Source: Neoechinorhynchus agilis (lineage: Eukaryota > Animalia > Acanthocephala). From it: a stretch of DNA of 64,000 bases. Below, in pieces: positions 1 through 11,236 of the stretch; position 1 is the first letter of the stretch; each line of letters opens with the position of its first letter. Both the position numbers and the translations under genes were made by a program. The stretch covers positions 10,084,784-10,148,783 of the forward strand of contig CM121341.1 in the NCBI GenBank assembly GCA_051530055.1, in the 5' to 3' direction. Below the pieces are notes generated by a model that saw nothing but the letters and a program-made list of their open reading frames with translations, was not told the DNA's origin and made no database searches.

Positions 1-1122
1 AATAAAAATGCTCGAATTTTTTAATGGGTTTGAAAATGAAATTTTCTACTAGATCAAAATGTATACGTCGATTTCTTCCCTTTTGACAATCTTAGACCAG
101 AAACTAAGCGCTTCGAAGCTCTTTATTGAGTTTTTCGCGAATAGAAACGCTCGAATTTTTTAGTCCATTTGAAAATGAAATTTTTTACTAGATCAAAATC
201 TATAGGCCGATTTCTTCTCGTTTGACAATCTTAGACCAGAAACTGGGCGCTTCGAAGCGCTCAGTTTCTGGTCTAAGAAACTGAGCGCTTAGAAGCTCTT
301 TATTGGGTTTTTTTCGCGAATAAAAATGCTCGAATTTTTTAGTCGGTTTGAAAATGACATTTTTCAATAGATCAAAATCTATCGCCGATTTCTTCTCGTT
401 TGACAATCTAAGACCAGAAATTAAGCGATTCAAGGCTCTTTATTGGGTTTTTTCGCGAATAAAAATACTCGAATTTTTTAGTGGATCATAAAATGACATT
501 TTTCACTAGATCAAAATCTATAGGCCGATTTCTTCTCTTTTGACAATCTTAGACCAGAAACTGGGCGCTTCGAAGCTCTTTATTGGGTTTTTTCGCGAAT
601 AAAAATGCTCGAATTTTCTAGTCGGTTTGAAAATGACATTTTTCACTAGATCAAAATCTATCGCCGATTTCTTCTCATTTGACAATCTAAGACCAGAAAT
701 TGAGCGATTCAAGGCTCTTTATTGGGTTTTTTCGCGAATAGAAATGCTCGAATTTTTTAGCCGGTTTGAAAATGAAATTTGTCACTAGATCAAAATCTAT
801 AGGCCGATTTCTTCTCGTTTGACAATCTTAGACCAGAAACTAAGCGCTTCGAAGCTCTTTATTGAGTTCTTTGCGAATAGAAACGCTCGAATTTTTTAGT
901 CGATTTGAAAATGAAATTTTTTACTAGATCAAAATGTATAGGTCGATTTCTTCTCGTTTGACAATCTTGGACCAGAAATTAAGCGATTCAAGGCTCTTTA
1001 TTGCGTTTTTTTCGCGAATAAAAATACTCGAATTTTTTAGTGGATCATAAAATGACATTTTTCACTAGACGAAAATCTATCACTGATTTCCTCGTTTGAC
1101 AATCTAAGGCCAGAAACTGAGC
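1..1122. repeat. Tandem satellite, about 139-140 bp unit, about 8 copies (runs off the left edge)
   Basis: Unit aata(a/g)aaa(t/c)gctcgaatttt...tttcgcg restarts at about 1, 140, 319, 458, 598, 737, 876 and 1017. The ORFs at 200-433 and 518-712 are by-products of the repeat. Confidence 0.95.
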
Positions 1123-2310
1123 CCAACGTTTACTCCTTATGGGTTCGCGGACCCGAGCGGATTCGGTTCTGTCGGTCAAGTGGCGACATTGTTTATTTAG
1201 ATGTTCGAGTAGACATCCGTCGCCCGCTTTATATGATAGACTGCACGGAAAAACTAATCAAAGTTAAATTGGATGATCTTTACCATAAAGATAGTCGTGT
1301 AATGATTGATCAAACTGGCGAATCATTGGAAAGTGGCCAAGTGGTCGGTCTTCTTCGTTGTAAATTTAAATCGACGATAGATTGGGTTTTGGAAAGTGAT
1401 TTGTTAGGACGCCGTGAGGGAAAACTCGAAATCCCGGATTCTATAACTCCTAAATGTCGATTGCTCTCTCCTTCATTGTGCTTTGTTCAACAACAATTTG
1501 AATTAAAAATCATTAATGAAGAAAATCTTTTTAAGTCATGGTGTCCTAAAGATTTTCTTTGTCTACAAACAATAAAAAAGTCGAAGTTCGGCGTTGCGAA
1601 GAAGACAGCAGTGCCGATTTGATTGTGATTGGATCGATAACTGAAGCCGATCATGGATTTGTCTGCAATGTAATTCCTTTACGACATGGACGGCTCAAAA
1701 TGCCAATGTTTCAATTTTCGTCGGAAAATCAGAGTTGGAGGAAGGTAGATTCCGCTGAGTATATTCTTTGTATTCATCAACACGATAACCCCGTGCTTTA
1801 AGTTTTTGGTAAGGAAAGAATAATTTTTATAGAAATTCGCATAAAAATAGGACGTTTGATCGTTGGAGATTGCTTAAATCGGCTTTTTCATTTGAGAGAT
1901 CATCTAAAAGAACCGTCGCTTTATGCACCGTAGAGGTTATTTGCAACATCAACAACGAAAACTATTTTTATCGGTTCCGAGGAGGCAATGGAGTATAAAG
2001 ATGTTTGTCCGTTCCCATCGGAACTCTGAGTGCTCAATTTTAGATGAGAAAATCTCAGAGAAGAAGTCATCTCGATTGAGTGACCGTTTAAAAGTTTTCT
2101 GGGTTGTTTTGCGAGCATTTTAAGTATTCTCTCAAATTAGAATTTAACCGTAATTTTTTTCTGAATAGTTTATCATTTTGTGTGTGTGTGTGTAGTTGGT
2201 AACTTTAAGGAAACCTCAACAGACCGGGATTACACGTCACTAAGATGGATTCGCCATTCGCACGAAAGACAGTCGTCCATCTCCAATCTCAATTCACTTC
2301 CTTTTTTAAG

Positions 2311-4740
2311 ATGTCAACTAATTCAATGGACAACATGGATTCACCGCCTGAGTTTCATTCATCATCATCAAGGGTTGATGATGATCCAAATGGATTGCTA
2401 GATCGGAAGCGTCCAATCAGTGATCTACACCCGGATTCTTCAAATACCACTGAACAAGGGGAAATACTGGACGATGGGAATTGTGGTAGTCGGATCAAGA
2501 AGCAAATGTCTGTTTCTTCGACTGCTCATTCGTCTCCTCTAATCCACATGAAGTTTCTGATTCCATCGGTTGTTGCAGGAAGTGTAATTGGTAGGGGAGG
2601 AGATTTGATTGCTGAAGTTCAGAGACGCACTCTTACCCGGATGAAAATGAGCAAAACAACCGATTATTATCCGGGAACGAATGAGCGAATTTGTTTAGTC
2701 ATCGGTGAACTTCGACGAGTTCTTGAAGTCTATGACTATATTATGGAAAAGCTTAAATGCCGGTTTTCTCCAACGTTGGCCGCTGGATCAGAATGTGACG
2801 TTAATGGAGTCGATAGAACTCATCAGGTTTTGTTCTTGGTACCCAATTCCACCGCTGGAATGCTAATTGGAAAGAGTGGTAGTTATATCAGACATATCAA
2901 GGAAAGTACTGGAGCGATGGTCAATGTAGCTCCCCGGAATGAAGAGATGAATGAACGAATCGGGATGGTTGCTAGCTGTGAGTTGAACGCTCTTGTTTGC
3001 ATACCGCTAACACATTGAACTTTTAGTGGACGATGTAGCCAGACGTAACGAGCAGGGGGACGCGATGGACACTTTTCTGATGATCAGAAGAAAATCTTCA
3101 TTTCTAAAGAGCTTTTGCCGTCTTACGGATTAAGAATAAAACACTTGAACAGCTAATGAAGAAGTCTTAAGAAAAGATCCTTCGCTATTGTAAATATTGA
3201 ATGGTTTTTGAATTTAACCCCGGTTCAACTGATGAGACGAAATCGAAATACGTAATTATGGTTGTTTTACCGCGAAGGTTTCGGAGAGGCACAATCTTGT
3301 GCCTTGGATTTTAAAATCATTATAATTTCTTCGCCATAAAACAACCAATATGAACAGTTTAATCTTCAAACATATTTCATAATAAAGGAATCTTGAACCG
3401 GGATTTCGTTCACCACCATCCAAAATTAACGAAAAAGTCTTAAGATGGCGAAAGCTCTCGAAAATCCACAACAAAAGAGAGCTCTTTTTCTGCGTGTCAT
3501 CGCGTCTATCTGCAATAAGGCTTTTGATATGGTTCTAAACAAGATTGCCGAGGATCCTCTACACAGTAGTTTCCCGAATATTTCCTATGACGGTCCTGGT
3601 TCAATGCAAAATCAGCTGAACGAATCGTTTCCACAATCTATGAGACATCAGTACTCGATTGCATCGTCTTCTAGTCAATTGGAAATGAACGCCAACTACC
3701 ACCAACACCACCAACACCACCATCAGAATCATCATCATCAGCAACAACAACAACCGCCGCCACCTCAACTTCAACCGTCAGCTCCATTTTCCAATGTGCA
3801 GCAAATGCAAATCCGTCAGTTACAAGTACAATTGCAGCCTCCACCTGATCAAAGTCGATCATTGCGCGAATCTAGCAATCCGTATGTTTTTTAGAAAAGC
3901 ATTAAGCACCCTTCTTCTACAATCTTTTTTCTCAGACTTATCCAATCTGGTCTTTTTAACCTTTCTCAAATCATAAATAATGCTGGAGGTGCAAACGCCC
4001 TAACTGCCGACTATCTAAAGGTATTCTTTTTTCCAACTCCACATAACCTTTCTCCATGCATTCTTTTCTCGTCCACGACAGCTCATTCTAAACTTCATCG
4101 GATACACTGATCAGTCTGCTATTGATATTATCCGCGCCGTCGATACGCTCATGTCTTACGGTCTTATCAATAATACACCCTCTATGACACTCAACTCTAT
4201 CATGACGTGCCTCCAAAACACCGCATCGTCGTCCACGAGCACTCTGAACGCGATGGCCGCTGCCGCTGCCGCATCCTTAGCCGCTGCGGCTAATAACTCG
4301 CCACTGTCCTCATCTATCCCACCGCCACAAGCAGTGCCTTTACCAAATCAACCAAACGTTGGAATTAATCCAATGAACACAATAAGATCACCAGCAGCAA
4401 TGGCTGCTCTGTCTACTGTCGCCAAGGTTAATATAAATTTACAAAACTATATTTGAACACTCCCCCACGAAAATAGGGTCCAGGAACTGGTCCAAATGAA
4501 ACACTGACCATGCAACTGCCCGATTACTATGCAGGATCAATTATTGGAACAGCCGGAAAAGGCATTACTCTTATGCAACAAAAGACAGGAGCTCATATTC
4601 ATGTGTCTTCTAGAGGACATTATGTTCCAGGAACCACTAACAGAATGGTCACCATCACTGGAACCGCTGATGCTTGTTTACAAGCTCAAGATTTGATCAT
4701 AGATGCAATTTCAGCCGAGGATGAGCGTAGAAAGAAGTAA
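2311..4740 (+). CDS. nova: Nova/Pasilla-family RNA-binding protein, three KH domains; exons approx 2311-2977, 3027-~3043, ~3520-3881, 3936-4020, 4082-4426, 4477-4740
   Basis: KH1 is FLIPSVVAGSVIGRGG...SKTTDYYPGTNERICLV, KH2 is VPNSTAGMLIGKSG...NKIAEDP..NISY, and KH3 is MQLPDYYAGSIIGTAG...YVPGTTNRMVTITG. The linker GYTDQSAIDIIRAVDTLMSYGL resembles Pasilla. GT-AG introns of 49, 54, 61 and 50 nt keep the frame. The junction across 3044-3519 is unresolved. Confidence 0.9.
3259..3372. mobile_element. Short hairpin/palindromic dispersed element (family H), copy A, in a Nova intron
   Basis: Inverted termini tggttgtttt...aaaacaacca plus the tail atatgaacagtttaatcttcaaaca. Homologous to 49025-49123, 53048-53110 and 58564-58749. 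Confidence 0.65.
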
Positions 4741-5400
4741 AGGTGTTTTTGAATGGTTATTCGGAGGAAAAAAAATTTTTTGCAATGAAATTTTAGCATT
4801 AAATACTTTTGATCTTATCGCTATATGTGAACGAAAAATTGAACTTTCCTATGCAATCGAATTCATGCCAAACAAAAATTTTTTAATTATAGAAATATTA
4901 ATTAGCGCTCATATGATTTTTATTCCATTTGCTTTTAACAGTTTTTTTCGATAGTTCTCGTTAACGTCGATGGCAGTTCGGTCTTTAATTACCCATCCCT
5001 CATTTTCTTTTAGTTTAATTTCTCAGACTTGTATAATCCATTCACTAATTTTTTTAATGGTCGAGTACGAGTAGTAAAACTTAAAATCTCTTCATTTTTT
5101 GCCGATTTCACCTTTTTCTTAAAAAACTATCCTAACTTTTTGCTCTATTTTTCATACGAATTCAGCAGCTTTGGCGTCGTCATGAGCGGCTTGGACGAAA
5201 TCTATCTTAAGGTGAATTTGCATCTCCTTTTGATATTCAATTCTCTGGACACTCACAATTCGTCTCTGTTTGTGAAAAAAGAACCTCAAAAGTAATGCAG
5301 TTTGTTGTTTTGAAATCTAACTAGTATCCGGGCACCCACCCTTTTTTGTTATTGCTTAAAATTGCTTAAAAGAAGGTCGTTGAAGTAGTCTTCATTTAAG

Positions 5401-8400
5401 ATGTGGAGTACAATTTTTCGAATATCGATGTTTTCTCCATCAATCTTCGGTATGAATGATGGTCAATCACATCAACAATTTCCCGGACCTCAAAGTTAAG
5501 CGAATGTATTTATCAAAATCTTACTATTTGTACGACAAATGGGATATGGCACTCCAAGCTCCAGTAATGAAATCGTCTCTACGTAAGGAACTTTAAAAAT
5601 GATTTATGTTTTCTTAAATCCAATCCTCAACAGGTGATGTCTCTGAGGAAATAAGCCATAAGCTCAAGACAGGAAAACCCGTTACGATTTTAGAATTAGA
5701 TGTTGTAAGATAGAATCGTCGAGGTCTTATGCTCACAACCATCCGTAGCTATGTTCCAAACTCGCCTATGCATCACATATTGACGATGTTGAATCCTTTC
5801 ATGATCTATACACAACGTATGTTTGATGGCGTTCTTTTACGATTAAAAAAAATTGATTAAAGATGTCGACGAGTATCCAATGCCGTTTACGTGTCCGACT
5901 CACTCGCACATGGATTCATTCGAAGTCATTTGGATATCAATCAAACCGATAAACTGCTTCATTCTATCGAGAACAAGGTTTTATATTGCTTTTCAAACAA
6001 ACTTTGATTCTCCGCTCTAACATAGGTTCAATACGGGATATTCTTAGATGGGTACTCCGGGAACCTTGTGATGGACGGCTTTTTAGAAACCGAAAATTAC
6101 AGGGGTACTACATCTAATAATGACTCTAAATTTTTCTATGTGCATTTTGAAGTGGCTGCTCACATAAAGTCACTTAAAAAAGCGGTTATGAGTTTTGTAC
6201 TCATCCGTCCGAATCTTAAGATACCTCCCGAGGAGGCAGGACTCATCAGTGAGTTTCCTATTTCCTTCAACGAGGTATTTCGTCCCCTTCGGCCGTGTGA
6301 GCCATCGACAACAATGGATTTTGAACCCCAGGGCCCTGTCTAAGATTGTGTCCAGGTGGTATAGTCGACTTGAACTACCACTCTAGATTGATTTAGCGTC
6401 AAAGGAGACGAAATACCTCGTTGAAGGAAAGACGAAACTCACTGATGAGTCCTGACTGCTTGGGAGGTATCTGTGGATCCGGAGGGATGAGTGATCATGG
6501 GCATCGTGCGTAGACCAGTGCTTTCCCAGACCGAAATCGATGGACTGTGTGCTCAAGAGAAATTAGCAGTGCTGGTATAATCACTTCAACGCTTAAAAAA
6601 TGGATAGTCAGACATAAAATACAATTTTTCTGTCTAAAATGATAGAAGAAGCGAGAAATCTATCTTTTTTTGGAATGTTCATTTCGATAGTTACTTTAGG
6701 TTGGCCCGATTCTTGAAAATTGACGCATTCTCAGAAGGAAAACTGATTGTGATTTGTCGAAAGTCGACTCCCCATAAATTTAAAATGTAATGACGAAAGC
6801 ATAGAGAACACAAAAAGTTCTTTAAATATCGAATAACTTTATTCTGACTCCTATTAATCGCGTAGCCTTAACCTTTTCAACAAGCCAATTTGAAAATCGG
6901 TCTAACACGGGCGAACAAAGTTTGATCAAATGCAACAAATATTATGGAAGTTACGCTTGTAGTATTTCTTCCCTAGAGTTCGATAGTGGCTAAGAGTGAT
7001 GATGCCGTTGCATCCTATGGTTTAAAAGTCGAGTTCACCCTATATTTTGCATTATTTTTTTAGCTATTTAGTCTCAATTGTACGATAGAGAATCAATAAA
7101 ATAATGGTAATATTTTTAAAATGAGCGGTTTAATTTTATAAAATGCATTTGTAGTATTATCTTTAAGTTTGGCTAGCCGGTTACATTTATTGTGTGTCTC
7201 CTTTTCCACGGAAACGTCTTTTGTACTAACTCATTGAAAGTTTCCACCGAAACGTCGAAACATCTTTATCTTCCATTGCCTCGAGCATCCTGGATTCCTT
7301 TTTTATGAATGGCTGATTCTCCGATAAAAATAGTTGGCTGCCCTGGGGGTCATTTGTTATTGTTGCAACCAACCATTTTCAAACTTTGTTAAAAAATTCT
7401 GCTTGGTCGGATCACACGAAAATTGTTTCAATAGCGAGAGAGGCTTTTAAAATATTGAATGACAAATCGAGGCATTTGTGCTCCTCCCTTTTTTCGGAGC
7501 TATCTTCGAAAATTCGCCGGCTTACGATTCCTTGCTTGTTGTTTGAAATTTTTCGTTACGATTATCCTGAACCCATGGCAGGTTCTAAAATTAGCTGCAA
7601 AGTTCGGTACCATGATCGAAATTAATTCATTGTTTTTGAGCGATAAGGTTTCACTACTTAGTTTAGATTTCCTTTAAGGTGCAATGCATACCGCATCCGA
7701 GTTTATGCTTCAACATCACCGAACACTTGACAAACTTACCCATGCAATGGCACTACGATCATGCGTTCTGTTCATGAAAGACTGGTTAAAATACTCAGGA
7801 GAAAACGAGACTGAAACGGTGGATAACTCAGATTTAAATATTGTAGGTCAAATGCATTTGTTCTTACGATGCAGAACTATTTAAAAGGAACGTGTAAAAG
7901 TGAATTACGTTCATGAACGAATTTTCGATGATCACTTCGATCTGCTTGAGAATGATCAGTTGCTTTGCGGAAAATCGATGGTATATTTAGCCAATCTAAG
8001 TCCTAACAAACTGTCCAAAACCCTAAAGGTACCATTTAAGCATCTAAAGAAGTGAAAATCGTTTTCTTACAGGTACTCGGATACTCGATGTGGCAGAAAT
8101 TCGATCTTTGTGATAAAGAATTAAGATCCATAGAAGACGGCGACAATTGCGATGTCGATTTGGTAGGTCGTATTTCCGTTGACTGCTTTCGGCTATAAAT
8201 GCTAACAAACTGATTTAGAAATATTGTGACTGCTTTAACCTCGAATCAACGGTCATTCTAAACCTTGATTACCGAGGAGCAATTCTTTTTTAGCGTTTTA
8301 TAGACGATTGATTTCGTTTTGGACTGTAGTTTTATTCTGGCGATATTGAGGGGATACCTTATTTTTTGGCAAACTGAACGTTTTCGTTGTTTTTGTTTAT

Positions 8401-9094
8401 AAACAGAGCGCCTAACCTTTAATTTTTGCTTTAGATTAAAAGTGTAGTGAGTAAAAGCTTAGAAACGTTTGATCCGAGAAAGCCAGTCGTTGCTCAGCCC
8501 GGCGACAAATTCAGACAATTCAATCGACAGGATGCTATCATGAAAGCAAAGGAAGAACTTGTAAATTCATTGGATTTGGCAAAGGGAAACGTGGATGTTT
8601 TAGCTGAAACTCAAAATGAATTAATAAATGCAGTCAAAATTGGCGAGCATCAACACATCGAGGTAATGAGTAGAGTAATCGAAGATTGGATAAAACAAAG
8701 AGAAGCTCTTTTCGCGATACAATGTCGTAAAAACGAACTTCTCTCGAACGTCCAAGATCTACGGCGTCGTTTGGACGAGTTTGAGCACGAAGAGGAGATG
8801 ATTACATTCTTTGACAAGTTCAGCGAAATCCAAATGTATTATGCGGATGCACAGTTTCCGGACGAAGATCCAGCCAAGGCGGAGTACTCACCTGAATTAG
8901 AACAAGAATACAACGATCGATATAGGGAATTTTACAAAATGAAATATAAAGAGCCAGTCGTGTATAAGATACATAGAACTGATCCTGGACCACGGATTCC
9001 ACGATTTAGAGTCGGTATTATCGATGAACGCACGTTAGCTTACTCGAATCCGAAGCTAAAAACTGTTAAGCCGAAACAGCGGTATTATTTGTAA
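5401..9094 (+). CDS. MRPS27: Mitochondrial small-subunit ribosomal protein mS27 (PPR protein); exons approx 5401-5449, 5496-5582, 5634-5704, 5749-5816, 5863-5977, 6026-6104, 7679-7842, 7888-8028, 8073-8162, (8219-8251), 8435-9094
   Basis: Manual splicing with GT-AG introns of about 44-56 nt gives ...DKLLHSIENKVQYGIFLDGYSGNLVMDGFLETENYRGAMHTASEFMLQ...FDDHFDLLENDQLLCGKSM...EDWIKQRE...ITFFDK. This matches the recalled mS27 motifs NKVQYGIFPDNFTFNLLMD and FDDHFDL. Exon use between 8163 and 8434 is uncertain. Confidence 0.85.
6161..7191. repeat. About 1.03-kb dispersed repeat (copy 1) with an internal long inverted repeat, inside MRPS27 intron 6
   Basis: Near-identical (a handful of substitutions) to 15024-16054. 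Internal arms lie at about 6199-6293 and 6398-6492. Confidence 0.9.
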
Positions 9095-9826
9095 CTGCAA
9101 GTTTAATAACATTCAACGTCTCGCTTTAACTCTTGCTCAGATTGAAGAGTGTCACTGTTTGAAAGATTATTTCCATTGCGTAATTAAACGAAATTCACAT
9201 GATAGAATTTTTCTTCCTTGAACGAAAAATAGTTGGTTTTTGTCTGCTGCTTCGTCTGAGAACAAAAAATGTATTGAAATCGAAAATGATTTTTTTAAAT
9301 ACAAAATTTATGAGAAATTTCTAAAATATATATAAAGAGAACTATATGTAGATTTCAACTTTGTCTCCTTTGGAGCAGAGACTAGAGTCGGCGCTGAAAC
9401 TGATCTACTTGATTAGAAGACGTGTGAGGATTATCACCTTAAGAACAGCGAGGAAATGTTGCCAGCGTTTTCTGCGAAGTTTTGTTCCTATTCAAAGACT
9501 ATGATTCCGAGGATTTGCTAGACTCGATATAAAATCATAGATTTTTAAAAGATGATACAATGTTTAAAGATGGTACAATATCGTTCATAAGATTCAATCG
9601 CACGAGATTTTTATCTCTAAATTCTATTTCAAATGTCGCTGGGGCGAGCTCAAAAACGTGTTCTTGGTTTCGCTTGTTTAAACAATGAATCATTCTTCGT
9701 GTCGAGAGATGCACGACAGTACGAGTTTTCCCTTACCTTTCTCAAATTTTAGGTTCTAGTCTCTAAAATGGACGATCTTAAGCGATGACTTCGTAGCCCT
9801 TTTCGCAAAGAATCCATTTTCAGACA

Positions 9827-11123
9827 ATGTCGCTCACCATAGCTAGTTTAATCGGCAATCGAGCTCCAAGCTTTCAGGGAGTGGACGCTGTGTTAAATGG
9901 TCGCTTCACGAATGTTTCGCTTTCCGACTACGCTGGAAAATACGTGCTTCTTATCTTTTATCCTACAAACTTCTCATATGTCTGTCCAACTGAAATAACG
10001 GCGTTCAATGCAAGTTTTCATCAGTTCACAAAAAGAAACTGTCAGATTCTGGCGTGCTCAACTGAGAGCAAGTACGCCCATTTGGCTTGGTAATTTCTTT
10101 TTAAGGGATGATATCATAGTATTGATACGAATTGCAAATAGGACTGAGACACATGAAAAGGAGCGCGGAGTTGGTCGGTTGTCGTTTCCATTGCTGAGCG
10201 ATCAGACCAAATCAATCGCGAAATCATACGGGATATTGAAACCGTCGGGAATCGCTTGCAGGTAAGCTTTTTGAATTTTGTCGATACGCGACGAGGTACC
10301 TGAGTTTACAATTAGATGTGTCATCTAGAAGCCTTCACCCGGTAAGACGAAGACATTCTCCGAACCTCACCGGGAGTGTTATTTAGACGTCTTCACCCGG
10401 TAAAAAACGTCTTTAATAAAGAAGTTCTCAGAACCGTCTAAACCCGGTAAAGAACGTCTTTATTAAAGACATTCTCCGAACCTCACCGGGAGTGTTATTT
10501 AGACGTCTTCACCCGGTAAAAAACGTCTTTAATAAAGAAGTTCTCAGAACCGTCTAAACCCGGTAAAGAACGTCTTTATTAAAGACATTCTCCGAACCTC
10601 ACCGGGAGTGTTATTTAGACGTCTTCACCCGGTAAAAAACGTCTTTAATAAAGAAGTTCTCAGAACCTCACCGGGAGTGTTATTTAGACGTCTTCACCCG
10701 GTAAAAAACGTCTTTAATAAAGACATTCTCCACGGTATTCTGGCCATAAATTCAGCTTTTCTGTTTTCAAAGTAAATTGACAAAATGGCACTTTATTGTG
10801 TGTGTTTAACACTGATTTGAAATAGATTTTATTTAAATTGTGCGCAGATGCATGATTCTGATCGACGGTAACGGAATCGTAAGAAACGTCACAGTGAACG
10901 ATTTTCCAGTTGGAAGGAACGTTGATGAAGCTCTTAGACTACTGGACGCGTTTACTCACTTTGAGAAAAACAAAGAAGGTAAGTAATTTGCGGTTTAATT
11001 TTCTTCTTTTCCCCTTACTATTTAGTCTGCCCTGCTAATTGGACGGAATCTTCGGTCAGAGCGATTAAACCGGATATTCAAAAATCAAAGGAATATTTTG
11101 AATTTATTTCATCGCCGCTTTAA
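9827..11123 (+). CDS. Prx1: Typical 2-Cys peroxiredoxin (Prx1 subfamily); exons 9827-10089, 10142-10261, 10848-10978, 11026-11123
   Basis: Contains FYPTNFSYVCPTEI (peroxidatic Cys), PLLSD, GIACR, NDFPVGRNVDEALRLL, EVCPANW (resolving Cys) and a C-terminal SKEYF. All four exons join in frame with GT-AG introns. Confidence 0.93.
10333..10731. repeat. Intronic minisatellite, 116-bp unit with palindromic subunits, about 3.5 copies
   Basis: gacattctccgaacctcaccggg recurs at 10352, 10468 and 10584. The internal gtcttta(a/t)taaaga motif is near-palindromic. Confidence 0.9.
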
Positions 11124-11236
11124 AAGTCATACAACCTGACTAAATCTGTCCGTTTTCATTTAAAAAATCGCTTACAAGTAACTTACGTTTGCGTGTGTTT
11201 CAATTGATAACGAATTCGCCGTTCAGCTGTCCACGA

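Noticed and set aside
1233-2123. Three consecutive + strand ORFs
   Set aside because: No recognisable domain or consistent splice model. They may be a decayed TE or gene, but there is no support for a call.
3215-3260. ctgatgaga-cgaaa-tc-gaaa minimal hammerhead core
   Set aside because: Stem II has only 2 bp and no compatible stem III/cleavage triplet was found.
3700-3745. YCAY-dense tract in Nova (autoregulation?)
   Set aside because: Explained by His/Gln codons. Function cannot be inferred from sequence alone.
5430-5495. Minus-strand EIVDVIDHH (DHH phosphoesterase-like)
   Set aside because: It is the antisense of MRPS27 exon 1/intron 1 and no other DHH motifs are present.
6405-6460. Hammerhead-like words (gacgaaa...ctgatgagtcc)
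   Set aside because: No stem I/III or NUH site can be formed in the needed order. The words are part of the long inverted repeat.
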